This document shows positions 1 to 20,829 of a stretch of DNA of 64,000 nt, in pieces. Origin of the DNA: Piromyces finnis finn (Eukaryota; Fungi; Neocallimastigomycota); contig MCFH01000004.1 of NCBI GenBank assembly GCA_002104945.1, positions 930,001 to 994,000 on the forward strand, in the 5' to 3' direction. Both the position numbers and the translations under genes were made by a program. Position 1 is the stretch's first letter. Each line of letters begins with the position of its first letter. Under the pieces are notes generated by a model, which ran no database searches, was not told where the DNA came from, and was given only the letters and a program-made list of their open reading frames with translations.

Positions 1-1290
1 GTAATCCATACCAGAAACTGGATTGGCTTGTGGTCTGGCACCAATACCAACACCAGTTTGGTTACACCATTCACCTGGGTGAGTACGGTCAGTCTTGTGA
101 CCATTACGAGAAGTATCTTCAATGAAGTAAACAGACTTAATACCAGCGGAAGTAAAGTCCTTGTACATAGCTTGAATGTATCTCTTTTCATCTGGGCAAG
201 AGTTCCATTCGGTATCTGGACCACGAGAAAGAGTTGGGTCTTCCCATGGAGTGTAGTTAGAAACGTTAGAAGCGAAACCACGAACCTTACCTGGAGAACC
301 AGAGGCAATAGCCTTAGAGTAAACCTTACCAGCCTTTTCACGGTTATCATCCCAACCTAACCAGAAGGCGTGACCAATATCAAGATACATAGCAACGTGT
401 GGAAGAACACCAAGCTTCTTAATTAAGTAAGCGTGAGCATCTAAGTAGTACTTTTCAGAAGCAGCACAAGCTGGAGTAGATTCAATGTTAGTAACCATGT
501 TAGCAAGAGAATCTGGTTCAACAATAAGAACAACTGGTTGAGACTTGTAAGTCTTTAACTTTTCTTCAATAACATCAATGTATTCAGACTTGTAACGAGC
601 AGCATCACTATCGTTAGCGAGAAGTTCACCATTAGAGGCAAGAGCGTGACAATCACGACCTGGTAAATCGTAAACAACGAAAACGGTTAAGACCTTGGTA
701 CTACCACTTTGTTCAGCAAGAGCGGTCTTAAGGTTCTTTTCTAACCATTCATTCATGTTCTTAATGGTATCTAACCAAATAGCGTTAGAGTATTCCTTCA
801 TCTTCTTGGCCTTGGCAATAAGAGAAGAGTCGGACATTTGAGCAATAGCACCATCAACTTCAGCAGTGTAGTATGGGTTAATGAAGAACTTAACACCAGA
901 GAATGGGTTACCAGTGATAGTGTATTGTTCACCTGGGGTAACATTACCACCGGAACTGCTGGAACCACCACTGGAACTTCCACCCTTTTGAATACCACAC
1001 CAGTTACCATTTTCAACACCCCAATCACCATCACCATCAGTGTAAACTGGAATAGAAGTAGAAGTACAACATGGGTAACCTAAAGCTTGAGACCAACATC
1101 CAGCAGATTGACTGGTAGATCCACCAATACCACACCAGTTACCGTTTTCAACACCCCATTGACCATCACTATCAGTGTAAACTACATTGTTTCCACTACA
1201 ACATGGATATCCTAATCTTTCAGAGAAACAAGAGGCAGAAGCCTTAGCAGCAAGAGCAGCAATAGCAGTTAAAGCAAAAGAAGCCTTCAT
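1..1290 (-). CDS. Cellulosomal GH6 cellulase (cellobiohydrolase type) with signal peptide and two N-terminal fungal dockerin (CBM10-like) modules; intronless, 3' end truncated by the window edge
   Basis: Open frame from ATG at 1290 to position 1: [41 protein letters not shown]-..[11 protein letters not shown]..[11 protein letters not shown], then a G/S linker. GH6 motifs [31 protein letters not shown] (catalytic acid), [18 protein letters not shown] and GEWCN are present. It is absent from the ORF track because it has no stop in the window. Confidence 0.96.
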   Translation of the reverse strand, partial: MKASFALTAIAALAAKASASCFSERLGYPCCSGNNVVYTDSDGQWGVENGNWCGIGGSTSQSAGCWSQALGYPCCTSTSIPVYTDGDGDWGVENGNWCGIQKGGSSSGGSSSSGGNVTPGEQYTITGNPFSGVKFFINPYYTAEVDGAIAQMSDSSLIAKAKKMKEYSNAIWLDTIKNMNEWLEKNLKTALAEQSGSTKVLTVFVVYDLPGRDCHALASNGELLANDSDAARYKSEYIDVIEEKLKTYKSQPVVLIVEPDSLANMVTNIESTPACAASEKYYLDAHAYLIKKLGVLPHVAMYLDIGHAFWLGWDDNREKAGKVYSKAIASGSPGKVRGFASNVSNYTPWEDPTLSRGPDTEWNSCPDEKRYIQAMYKDFTSAGIKSVYFIEDTSRNGHKTDRTHPGEWCNQTGVGIGARPQANPVSGMDY

Positions 1291-2698
1291 TTTAATTAAT
1301 TTTTATTCTAATTAAAAAATCTAAATTTATAAATATATATTTTTTAATTTGATGATACTTTTTAAAAGCAGTAATAACTCCTTGTTTATATAGTAAAATT
1401 GATAATTTAGATTAAAAATTTAAAATTTAATTATAGTACATAAACTCTATAAATAGAATTTTATAAAGTATAAAAATTATATTATTAATAAATTACCTTT
1501 TTTTTTTATTTTCATATTTTTTATTTTATTATGGTATAATTTAAAGTTTTTATTTATTTTTTCAATTTTTGTTTCATTATTAATTATAATTTAAAATTTA
1601 ACATTTTATAGCTCACTTTAACATACATAAAACACACAACTCACACGCACACCCTAAAAAACAAAACAAAACAAACTAATATGTATATAAATTAGTTGTA
1701 ATTAAATTTTTAGTTTTATGATAATTTAAATTCTTTTTAATAGTATTACTTTTTTTTAAGTTTTTTTTTTTTTTTTTTTTTTCCATTATAATTAAAAAAA
1801 AAAATTCAAATATTTACAATAACTAAAGTGTTAATTAATAATAACAGTTGATAGCTGATGTATATAAAATTTGTCACTATTTTAAATAAAAAAAATAAAA
1901 CAAAATAATATATTTTGCTAATTTTAAATAACATTGATTTATAAATATTATTAACATTTTTATTTTTCTTGTACCTTTTTTTTTTTTTTTGTTTTACTAA
2001 AATATACTTTAATAAATATTTATGAATATATAAAAATTAACCATAGTATAAATAATTACTGAATTATAGAACTATAATTAAAGAATTAAAAAAGTTTTTT
2101 TTTTTTTTTTATCTATTGCTTTAGAAATATTTGGTTAATATTATTATTTTTTTTTTTAAATAAATATTTTTGAAAGACATTTTAATTAAATGGAAAAATA
2201 TAAAAGATTTTAAAAAACTTTTCTTTTCAATAAAGAAAAAAAGAATAATGAATAATGAGGGTATTATTAATTATTATAATGTTTTTATATGTCTTATTAA
2301 ATAAATAAATAAAAAAAATAGGTTAATCAACAAGCTAAAATAAATTAATTATAAATTTTTCTATAGTTCTTTTATAAGATAATGGTTAAATCAAATTATT
2401 CAATAATCCTTTTTTTTTTTTTTTTTATTTTAAATATAGGTAGTACAATTTAATATGTTACTTACCATAATTTTATTAATATTAAATCACAAACTTGATT
2501 TTTATAGTTGATATTAAATTAAAATCAAATCATTATATTCGATTTATTATAAAAAAAATAATTTTGAAATTTAAAGAAATTTGTTTAATTTTGTCATTTA
2601 TATTTTAATTTTAAAAAATAGCTTTTTATTTATTCCCAGTAAAGAACCATTAAATAAAAATTAAAAAATAAGTCCAGACAATATAATAATTTCTAATT

Positions 2699-3312
2699 AT
2701 GAAAGCCCAAATTAATACTGAATTAATACATGAAGGATGTGCAAATGATTTATGCTATTCTTCCAAGGGAAAGTATGTTGAATATATAAAATGTTCAAAA
2801 TAAAATGAAACCTTTTATTATAAATAATGAGTAATTAATGCTATTGTAATTTACTGGGAAAATGTTATAATTAAATAATGATTATAATTATTATACTTTA
2901 AAATGAAAATTTAAGTGTTAAAAATTGTAATTGAATAGTATTAAAGCTATTACTTTTTTTTTATTTAAATCATAAATTTATTTAATAAGTTTAATTATGT
3001 TATTAAGTAATAATATTATATATTCTTTTAATTTTATTAATTCTTTATATTACATATTTTCGTATTTCTTAAAATAATATAATCGCTAATTATTCTAATT
3101 TGAAATCCTCAAATTTCATGATATTAATTTTTTTTTCCCCATTTTTTTTAATTATATTTTAATAATCATTTTTAGATGTATAATAACAGTCGGTGACGAT
3201 CATAAAATAAAGATAAAAAACATAAAGAATGATATTGAATCAAAAGTTTTAGATAATCATATAAGTAAAGTTACTTCGCTTGATATGTTTGTAAGTTTAG
3301 AAAATTATTGGT

Positions 3313-3349
<37 letters not shown>

Positions 3350-6300
3350 CTCATTAAATTGGAAAACTTTTTAATTAATTTTTAATAAATAATAAAAAAA
3401 ATTATTTTATAATAAAAATCCATAAGGAAAGAATTTTCGTTACAGGTTCCGAAGATGGAACAGTTAAACTTTTTGAATATCCAGGTGGTAAATATGAAAA
3501 AACATTAACTCGTTTTTCATTACCAGTTCGAAGTGTATGTTTTAGTCCAGATGGAAGAAGAGTAGCTGTTGCTTCAGAGTAATTATAATAATATAATATA
3601 AGAATTCTCAAAAGTCATTTTATAAAAATAAATTATTTCAAAAATATAAAAATTTCTAATTGTTATTTTTTAATAATGATAATAATAATAATAATAATAT
3701 TACAATATTTTTATTATATTAATAGTGAATTAAAAGTTAGAATAATTAATATATTAGATATCTCAAATTCAATTATAACAATAGAAAATCTTGATAATAA
3801 AATAAAGTCTTTACGCTTTGATCCTTCAGGAAAATATTTAGTAATTTTAATGCAATTTCAATATAGTATTAATAATTATAATTGTCTTTTCAATTTTTTT
3901 ATATTAAAATTTTATATACTAATTTTTATAATAGATAAGTATTGATTCTAATGGTTTAATTAAAATATGGGACATTTCAAAATCTGAACCATCAGTTGTT
4001 GATAATAATCCTACTGTGACATCAATTTTTTCAAAGGAGTATGTTTAAATATTAATTAAAAATGTCAAATATAATAAAATATATAAATTTAAAGTTGTTT
4101 TTAATAATTCATGATATATAATTAAATTTTAAAAAAGTCAAGAAAAGTGTGATATTGTTTGGAATTCTAACAAAAAACACTTTGCTCTTCCAGGAAATAA
4201 TAATGGTAAATCATATTAACTGTCACTTTATAAACCGAAAAAAAAAAAATTCTTTATATATTTATTAATTATTTTATTTATTTTAAAAAGATATATTGGT
4301 TCTTAGTGGTAAAGATTGGTCTTTGTTATATAAATTTGAAAGTAAAGCTTTAAAGGTAATTATATTACTATTATTATTACTAAAATAATTTCTTACAATA
4401 TGTATATTATCAGATTTGGAGAATTAATCTATGTGAATACTTTTCTCTTACTATTAAAGCCTATTACGAGTTTAGCTTGGTCTGCTAATAGTTGGTATAT
4501 GGCCGGTATTGACTGTGATTCAAATATATTGATATGGCGTACCCAAGATAAAAAATTATTAGCAAAGTAAATATTGTTAAAATTATAATGAATAATTTGA
4601 ATATTCGTACTTGTTGTTAATTTTTTTTTATTATGTGACATTTTTTATTAATTTGCTTATTGACCTAAATAAATAACTCAGATATAAGCACTCTTTTCAA
4701 CCAATTAAATTATCATGGAATCCAAAGGATAATGACTTAGCTTTTGTATGTATAAATAATGTTAACCATATTTGGTTTATTTAATTATTAATGTATTTAT
4801 TATTATAATGATAAAAAAGGTTGATGATGGTGGTAATTTAAATATCTGGTCAGGATGTAAACAATATTTAGATAATTTAAAAAGTGAAACTAACTTCCCT
4901 GTTAATATTAATGATGAAGAAACTGAAGTCGAAAATGTTAGTGAAAATATTATAAAAGATAATAAAAACGATATGAATTATTTATTTAATTTATTTGGAG
5001 ATATTGAAGCTGAAGAAGATACAAATATAAAAGAAAGTCCAAAACCTGAGAATGGTAATTACTAAAAGTTTTAAATACAATTATATCGAAACTAAAAATT
5101 TTAAAATTCTATTAAACTAAGAATTAATTAAAATTTTTCAAAATAAAAGACATTCAAATGGTAGAAGCCGATCCAAATCAAAATAAAGAAACAATTGATG
5201 TTGAAGATTCATATAGTGAAGATGAAGGTATTGATGATTTTGTAGAAGATGATGATGGTGCGGGATATTCAGAGCGTGGTTATGATGCGCCAATTTCCAT
5301 GAAAAAATTTAGATCAAAGCATAAACATAAAGCTGTTAGATTTGAAACCGAAGAATATAAACAACCATATTCTTTAGTCGATCCACAAGAAGCATTCCAA
5401 CCTGGATCAACACCCCTTTTAAAATCAAATGGTGGTGGTAGTAATAAAAAATATTTAGGTAGATTTAAATATTTCTTATATAAAATAATTACTTTAATAT
5501 AAAAGGAAAAAGAAAAGTTTATTATTTATATTAATAATCATATATTAATAATTCAAATATATATATATATATATTTAAAATAATGGCTAAAAATAAAAAA
5601 TAGCATTTAATATGCTTGGCTCTGTATCAAGTGTTCGTCACGATGAAGAAATATCTACTATTCATGTTGAATATCATGATAGATCTATACTTAGACCTTA
5701 CAGTTTTACTGATCATAGAAATTATTCTATGGCTTCATTATGTGAACATGGTGCCGTTTTTGCTTGTGAAGGAAATGGTAAAAATAATTTAAAAAGTACA
5801 CTTTTTTTTAAACCTGTTGAAACTTGGGCCACTGAAAGTGATTGGTACTTGGAGATGAACGATGATGAAAATATTAAAGGTAATATATATCAGCTTTTAT
5901 AATATTTTTTAAAAAAATAAAAATAAATTATTATTATTTTTTCTTTTTAAATATTAATAAAAAAATTATTATTTTATAATTATTATAATTAAAAAAACAA
6001 AAAAACATTTAGTTGTTGCATTAACCAATAAAGGTGTTGTTGCAGCAACTGATAAAAAATATATTAGATTCTTTACTTTTAGTGGTTTCCAAAAACAAAT
6101 TTTATCTATTAAAGGAAAAATTGTATCTATGTCAGGAAACTCATTAAATAATCAACTTTTCATTGTATATCATAATGGTAATGTATTTGATGGTGATCAA
6201 AGTTTAGAATATATGCTTTATGATTCTGATAATTATAAAGTTATAAAGAAAGATGAATTACCAATTTCTCAAAATTCAACATTAGAATGGATTGGATTTA

Positions 6301-8038
6301 CTGAATATGGTGTAATATATATTATAAATACTTTATTATAAAATTTATCTATTAAGTTAAAAATAAGATATCATCAGAAATGTCATTTTTTAATAATAGC
6401 GTATATATTTTATTATTTTTATTAATTTATTATAGATTCCAGCAACATATGATTCTGAAGGTGTTGGAAGAATTTTAGTTAAACATCTTGACTATCAATG
6501 GATTCCTGTCATTGATACTTCATTCTTAAATAAAAACAAAGATGGTGATTCTATTGCTAAGCAATTTAATGACACAACCTATTGGGCTGTGGGTATGACT
6601 GAGAAACATTTATTATGTGTCATATTAAAGGTATATAATATATTATAACATAGCACTAGGAATCAAAAATTGATGTATTTGGATACATAAAATATATAAT
6701 TAATACCTTTTCTTTAAATAATTTTATTTTAAAACAGGGTTCTGATCATTATTTACAATTCCAAAAGCCAATTGTTTCAGAAATTAATTTGAAGGTTCCA
6801 TTACTACAATTAGATACTCAAGATGGAATGATAGAAGAAAGGTAAATACATTTTAAACATCCTTTTTATTTTATTTTATTTTATTTTTTTTTTTTTAAAA
6901 ATTTTTAAAAAATTTCAAAACTTAACTAATTAAAATTATTTACAAAACTTGATTTTTTTCTTTTATCATTTAGAATATACCGAACTAACTTATTTATGAA
7001 TATTAATCGTAATCAAAATAATGATATAATAAATGATGATGTAGAAGATTCTAAATATGCTAAAGAAGATCTTGAATTAGATAAATTATTATTAACATTA
7101 ATTATGGTAAATAATTTAACAATGTTTTGTGAATTCGAAATTTACAAAAATTAATGGTTATTATTTTTTAATTTTATTAATTGTAATGAATTCATTAGAA
7201 TGCTTGTAAAGTAGGAAATATTCAAAGGGCACTCGATTTAACATCAACATTAAGATTAATTGCATCAGTTGAAAAAGCTGTTTTAATTGCAGTTCGTTAT
7301 CATTTATCATCGTTAGCTGAAAGAATGCAGCTTATTCAAGAAGCCAAATTAACCAAACAAAAAGAAAGAGAATTAAATAAAAATAAAAGAAAGAGAATGC
7401 TTTCAAATAAGTATATAAATGATCAATCTGATGATGAACCACCAGCATCACCTGAATTATTAGAAATGCCTGAAGAATATAATAATAATAGTAATAATAA
7501 TGATAATAATAATATTGATGATAATATTGATGATAATTATGTCAATAATATGAATTATATAAAAAAGGGAAATGTTATGAAAAAAGATAATGTTTCAAAA
7601 AAAATACTAAATAGAGAAATTGGTAAAAAAAGTATGTTTTATTATTTTAATTTATTATTAAATATAAAACTACAAAATAATTATATTTCAATATATATAT
7701 ATATATATATATTTTTTTTTTTTTTACTAATTTTATTTATAATTTATTAAATAAAAGCATTTAATCAACATTATAAAAATGTATCTGAAAATAAGAGAAA
7801 TCCATTTGCTGTTGAAATTAAAAGTCCAAAACCAAAACATACCTCATCTACTTTACTTGATGCCTTACAACATGGTATATTATTGAAAAAAAATTATTTA
7901 TAATGATGTTTTAATTAAAATTAATACTTTAATGTATATACAAATATAGTTCAAAATGAACAACAAAATAAGGTAAAGAAGAGAAAAGCTATATTGAATA
8001 ATACCATGTCTGATGTATGTTAATATTTAATTATTTGT

Positions 8039-8070
<32 letters not shown>

Positions 8071-8683
8071 GTAAATTAATTAATATTAATTATAATACTG
8101 TTTTTAAAAATATTTAATTATATAGGGTTCATTACCAGAAAAGAGAATGAGAAATTCTGTAAATTCATCAATTGTTGGATTTTTTGATGTTGACCAATCC
8201 AAAAAAGTTATGAAAAATGTAATTTAATTTCATATTCGGTTACTTGATAAATAAATTATATTGATATTAACTTTTCAAATATTATTACAATTTAATTAAA
8301 ATAAAAATAAATATATTTGTATAAATTTATATATTAATAACAGAAACAAGATAAACTTAGTAGTTCTGCTGTGAGTAGTACATCAAATGTAGAGCCAGAG
8401 GAAGAACCACATATAGAAGATGCCAATAATGAAATAAATAATATAAATAATGAAAGTTTATTAGAATCAAATAATAATAAAAATGATCAAACTGAAGTAA
8501 ATATATTAGTATATTAGTGTATTAATAATACTTTTTTTTAAGATTTTATTATGAATATTAAATTAAATTTATATTATTTAAAAATATTAAAATTTTTAAT
8601 TCTTTTAGGAAAAGGAAAAGAATGTGACTAATAAACATGCCATATTAGAAAAATTTAAATTTAAAGGAAAAGAAAAAATTTAG
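2699..8683 (+). CDS. CTF4: Ctf4/Mcl1/AND-1 (WDHD1) replisome hub: N-terminal WD40 propeller plus SepB domain; multi-exon
   Basis: Starts ATGAAAGCC at 2699 (MKAQINTELIHEG). WD exons include VTGSEDGTVKLF and SLRFDPSGKYL. SepB hallmarks QEAFQPGSTP, NMLGSVSSV, IHVEYHD, NYSMASLCEHGAVFA and LEWIGFTEYG are present. Ends HAILEKFKFKGKEKI* with TAG at 8681-8683. GT-AG introns throughout. Confidence 0.92.
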
Positions 8684-9484
8684 ATTGTATTTTTAATTAA
8701 TATTTTGGGAATTTAAATTATTAATTTATATTTTTACATTTTACATATTTTACATTGAAAAAATATTTTTTTTATGAAAAATAAATAATTTTTGTATATT
8801 TTATTTTATATTAAAACAGGCACATAATCAAATAATAAAAATAAAAAATATTAGTAAAAAAAAAAAAAATCATAAATATTATAAAAGATTGTTTAATTAA
8901 TTCATATTAATGAAAAATGTATAAAAGATTATATAGTGTTTAAAAATATTAAAACTTTTAAAAGGAATTTTTTATTATATTATTGTAGAAGAAGTTAAAA
9001 TTTTTTGAAATAATTGATAGTAGTTTTGTGAAGAAAATATATTATTTTTCTAATTTAAATATATGAATGTTTAATAATTATTATATTTGATTAACATGTG
9101 AAATAATATATAATCAAAAATCAAAGCGATTGCAGTTAGTGTTTTTATAATATATTTTATGCATATTTTCCTCGTAAATCATTTATAGATTAATGTTTTA
9201 TTTATATTTAATTTTTATTCTAAATTTAATATAGTAATATAGTATAAATTAAATAACTTTAAATATAGTTTTTTCATATATTTTCTTTTTTCTTTTTTTC
9301 TTTTAGAAAATAAAATATTAACATTTTAAAATATATGATAAATATTTATTTTATTTAAAAGTATTATTAATTTTTTTTTTTTTTTTTTTTTTAGTTTTTA
9401 AATTATCTTTTGCTGTAAATAATATATAATAAAAAAAGTTTATTATAAAAATAATTATATAGGTTGTTCAACATAAAAAATAAA

Positions 9485-12400
9485 ATGGATGTTTCAAGTG
9501 ACAGTATAATAGATAAACTTAAAAGTAAAAATGATAATTTATTAACAAAAAAGAAAGCTATTTTATTATGGTATATTAGCAGTAAAAATATATTGATATA
9601 ATATTGAATGTTTTTCTTTAATAAATTAATAAAAATTAAATTTATTAATATTTAAGGATTCAAACAGTATTAGCTCAAAAACAAAATAGTAATGATAAAA
9701 CATTTAGTCCCGAAAATTTTTTAGAACCATTTAAAGTATTATATAGTATTATATATATATATTATAAAAATGAATATTGAGATAAAAAATCAATAATTAA
9801 ATGTATTTTTTGTTTTTATTAAAAAAATATATATATATAAAAAATAAATGAAGAATGGAGTGGAATTATGTAATTTAATGAATATCATTAATAATAATTG
9901 CATACTGAAAATTAAATTAGAATCTGGAGTTTTTTCATCGATAGAAAATTTGAATTTATTTGTTAATGGTAAATAATAATTAATATATAAAAAATATCAA
10001 GATTAATAAAAATACTTAAAATTTATTATTAATTATCTTACATAATATCACTAAATTTCAGCATGTAAAGATTATGGAATACAAAATATAAATGATTTTA
10101 ATCCATATAATTTTATTATGGAAGCAAAGAATTCAGAAGAAAAATTTATACAAATTATGAAAGAACTATGTTTGACTTCTGTAGAAAGAGGATTTAGCCT
10201 CCCAGACTTTAATATTGAAAAATGTATAGTTTAATACATAAATTTAACACTAAAATATAACCAGCATAATAATATATATGTATCTTATATAATTAATTTA
10301 TTTTTCAATATTTTTAAAATTATATATATGATTCAAACAAATCAATATTATTAATATAACATCCAATAAAAATAGTCAAAAGTTCTTTTGAAGACAAAAA
10401 AGATATGCAAGATAGTTCTGTAGTTAGAAGAATTTCAAAAAATTATATGAATATGAATATAAATTCAATGACATTTTCAAATATAGGAAACAAAGAATTA
10501 TCAGGACAATCAGTTATTTCTCCGAATCATTCAAAGGAGCCATCTCAAATATCTACAAGTTTAAAATCTCCAATAATATTAGAAGAAGGAGTAAATTCCA
10601 CATATGGTGAAGCTCCTAAAGATTTTTATCAAAAAATATGTTCAAGAATTGAAATGATGGAAAATAATCAATCAAAACTATATACTTTAATTAATGAAAT
10701 TAATATAAAAATGGTATATAATATTAATAATATTATTCATATAAATTTTAAATAAATTAATTCGAGATTTTCTAATATAATACAATATTATTTCTATTTC
10801 TATTTCTTATAATTGTTTTTAAAATTAATAATAATACTTTTAAAAATTAAATGCCATAAATGATTAAATTATATGAAATTCAATATATTATTTATTTAAT
10901 ATAAATACAGGATAAAATTGAGGTTCTTAATAATTATCAAAATAATTATATTGAAAAATTAGCAGCAAATACTCTTAATGGTTTAGATATAATGAATCAA
11001 CAGTTAGAAGCTATTCAAGTACGTTTAGAAAAAGCACCATCAAAGTCATTCGGTATTTCAAAAGGAAATTCACTTGCAAATATAAATACTAATGGTCTTC
11101 AAACTAGTAGCTCAACTTCATGTATTACAGCACCTCCTGAAAGTAGAAAACAAAGTCTATTTTTCGGTTCTTCAAAAGGAAATCAATCATTACCATCTTT
11201 ACAAAGCAAATTGAAATTCGGTCATTGGTCACATAATGATAATCCATTACCGAAATCAAATTTAAATCCTCAATCTCAAAATCAAACTCAATCTCAGAAT
11301 ATTTCTGTAGCTTCATCTGCTAATACTAATGAAAACTCTGCACCAACTCCTCAACTTCAATATAGTACATTACCAGAAAATATCATTCAAATGAATTTAT
11401 CAAGACAAGAAAATATGAGATTAAGTGTTATTTATGAATTATTTGCAACAGAAGCAGATTATTGTAGAGATCTAAATGTTATTATAAATGTAATTATGAT
11501 GTTTTATGCTATAATGGAATTTTTAATATTAAATATTATTTATTAATAGTAATATTTTTATAAATATATATAATTATTGAAGTGTCTCATGGAAAACATT
11601 TCAAAAAGTAAACTTTTATCTGAAAAAGAATTCAATTGGCTGTTTTCCAATGTGAAAGATTTAGTTGTTGTTAATAAGGTATAAATTATAAGATGATATT
11701 TTACATTGAAAGAAAAAAAAAAAAAAATGAAAACATTTATTTTATTATATTAATTAATTAATATTTACTTTGTTATAAATAAATTTGTAATATATAAATA
11801 ATAAAAGGAATTTAATGATAATTTGGTATCTCTAAAAGAAAATGATCCAGTTATTCCAGAAATTGGAAATGAGTTTTTGAAAATTGCTGAAAAGTTAAAA
11901 ACATATAAAGAATATTGTAGTAACTACCCATCAGCCTTGTCATTATTAAGAGAATTAAATCAAAAACCAGAGATTAAAAATCTTTTAACAGTAATAACTA
12001 CATAATATTTTAAATTAATAATAACATATAAAGCATATATTAATAAAAATTATATACATTATTTTTTTATTTAAGAAATTATCGACAGAAAATGCAGAAT
12101 GTAGAGGTTTAAGTTTGGAATCCTTTTTGGTAATATATAAGTATAACTTTTATTTAAATATTATTGAATTCCTCACACAAAAAATATTTTAAAAAAAATT
12201 TTTTAAAATATAAGATTAAACCTGTTCAAAGAATTTGTAAATACCCATTAATGATTAAAGTATGCTAACTTATCCTTTTCATAAACTAGTTGTTATTTAT
12301 ATCTAAATTTAAAAATACTTTGATAATAATTTTTATTTTTAATTATTTAATATATTAGGAACTACTTAAATATACTAGCAAAGACTCTAAGGATCATCCT

Positions 12401-13762
12401 ATTTTAGAAAATTCTTTAACAGTAATTGAAAATGTTATTGCATATGTAAATGAAGGTACTAAAGCATTAGAAGAAAAAGAAAGATTAAGTGGACTTCAAG
12501 CTAGAATTGAACTTTCAGAATTTCCAGATCTTCAATTAAAACTTGCTGATAAACATATGATTAAAGAAGGAAATGTTCAACGTTTAATTAATTCTAAAGC
12601 AAAAGATAGACATATGCTCTTATTTAATGATTGTTTACTTATATGTAAAGATTGGACAGCATCATATAAATATAAATACCAATTGGAAGAATTCTTACCA
12701 ATTAATTCAATAATTTTAAAAAATGAAATTAAAGGTATTAATTAAAATTCTTTTACTATAAAACTTTTAGTTTTTTTTTTTTGTTTATAACTATTATATA
12801 TTTTATTTGATAAACAGAAAAATTACCAAAAGGCCATACAAATGTCTTTCAGTTAATTTCAAAAAATAAAAAAATTAAACCTGAAAAATTACAAAATGGT
12901 AATAATTCAAGTGAACAACCAATATCTATATCTTTAATAAATGATTTATTAAAAAAAGAATGGACACAAAGTATATGGGATACTATCACTGAATCAAAAA
13001 AAATTCAAAGAGAGATTGAAACTTCTAATTCAAATAATAAAATTGATCTTGATATTGATGAAGAAATCAATATTACTATTAGAAAAAAAGTAATTTTTTA
13101 ATTAATAAATATATATTATTATTTCATTATTATTAAAAAGAATTAATTTTTTTTTGTAATATATTAAATAGGAAGAATTCCCTTCACTTGTTGAATTTAA
13201 TGGTGTTAAATGGAAGAAAGGTAAATTTTATTAATTTCAAGTTATAATAATTTTATATAAGGATTAATAAAATTAATATTTTTTATTCTAATTGATATAT
13301 ATTATAATTAAAATTAATTAAACAGCTGTGGCCGCAACAGGTCAAAATTATTATTTCAATACAGTAACATTCGATAGTATATGGAGATTACCAAATGAGT
13401 ATTACATTATTGATTCAGAAACAGGTGAAAAATATCTTCATAATGAGACAGAAAATGAAGAATCCAATAATACAGAAACTGATAATGATGAAGATAATGA
13501 TGGTAACTATGATGGTGATGATAGTGCTGGCGATAATGATGAAGATGATGATGAATATTATAATTCTGAAAATGTTGAAGGTTATCCAGATTGGAAAATA
13601 GTTAAAATGGAAAATAATATAACATATTACTTTAATAAATATACAAAAGAAACTCAATGGGAACATCCAAAGTCTAATTTTAATAATGAAGATACAATTG
13701 ACAATAAAAAGACAATTCAACAATTACAAAATATACTTATAAATGTTTCTCCAACACAGTAA
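9485..13762 (+). CDS. Dbl-family Rho GEF with CH-DH-PH-WW-WW architecture; multi-exon
   Basis: CH-like N-terminus (AILLW..NGVELCNLMN..SIENLNLFVNACK). DH motifs LSVIYELFATEADYCRDL, YKEYCSNYPSA, CRGLSLESFL|IKPVQRICKYPL and VNEG. PH start MIKEGNV..RHMLLFNDCLLICK. Two WW-like units, WKK..ATGQNYYFNTVTFDSIWRLP and WKIVKMENNITYYFNKYTKETQWEHP. Confidence 0.88.
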
Positions 13763-14164
13763 CTGATTTTATGAAAATTATAATGTTTCAATAAATATTT
13801 ATAAAAGTTTTCTTGTACTTTTATTTATTTAAATCCTATCATTTAAAACATTTAAATTTATAATATCATTATTTATAAATAATATTAAAAATGAATATAT
13901 TTTCATGGTTTTTTTAATAATAAAATAATTAAAATATTAATATCATGAATGAATAATATATATTTTTATGTACATTTTTAGACTTTTATTAATATTATTA
14001 AAAAAAAAAAATAAAATATAACAATAACAATATATTTTTAATATTACTATTTAAAATTTATGTATATATTAAAAAAAAAAAAATACAATGAATTTTTAAC
14101 AAATAGCAAGTTATTAAAAATGCATAATTATTTAATTTTTTTTTTTTTTTAACAATATTAATAA

Positions 14165-20829
<6,665 letters not shown>

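Noticed and set aside
28-1083. Track ORFs 28..360 (+), 838..1083 (+) and 798..1037 (-)
   Set aside because: Antisense or out-of-frame shadows of the codon-biased GH6 gene.
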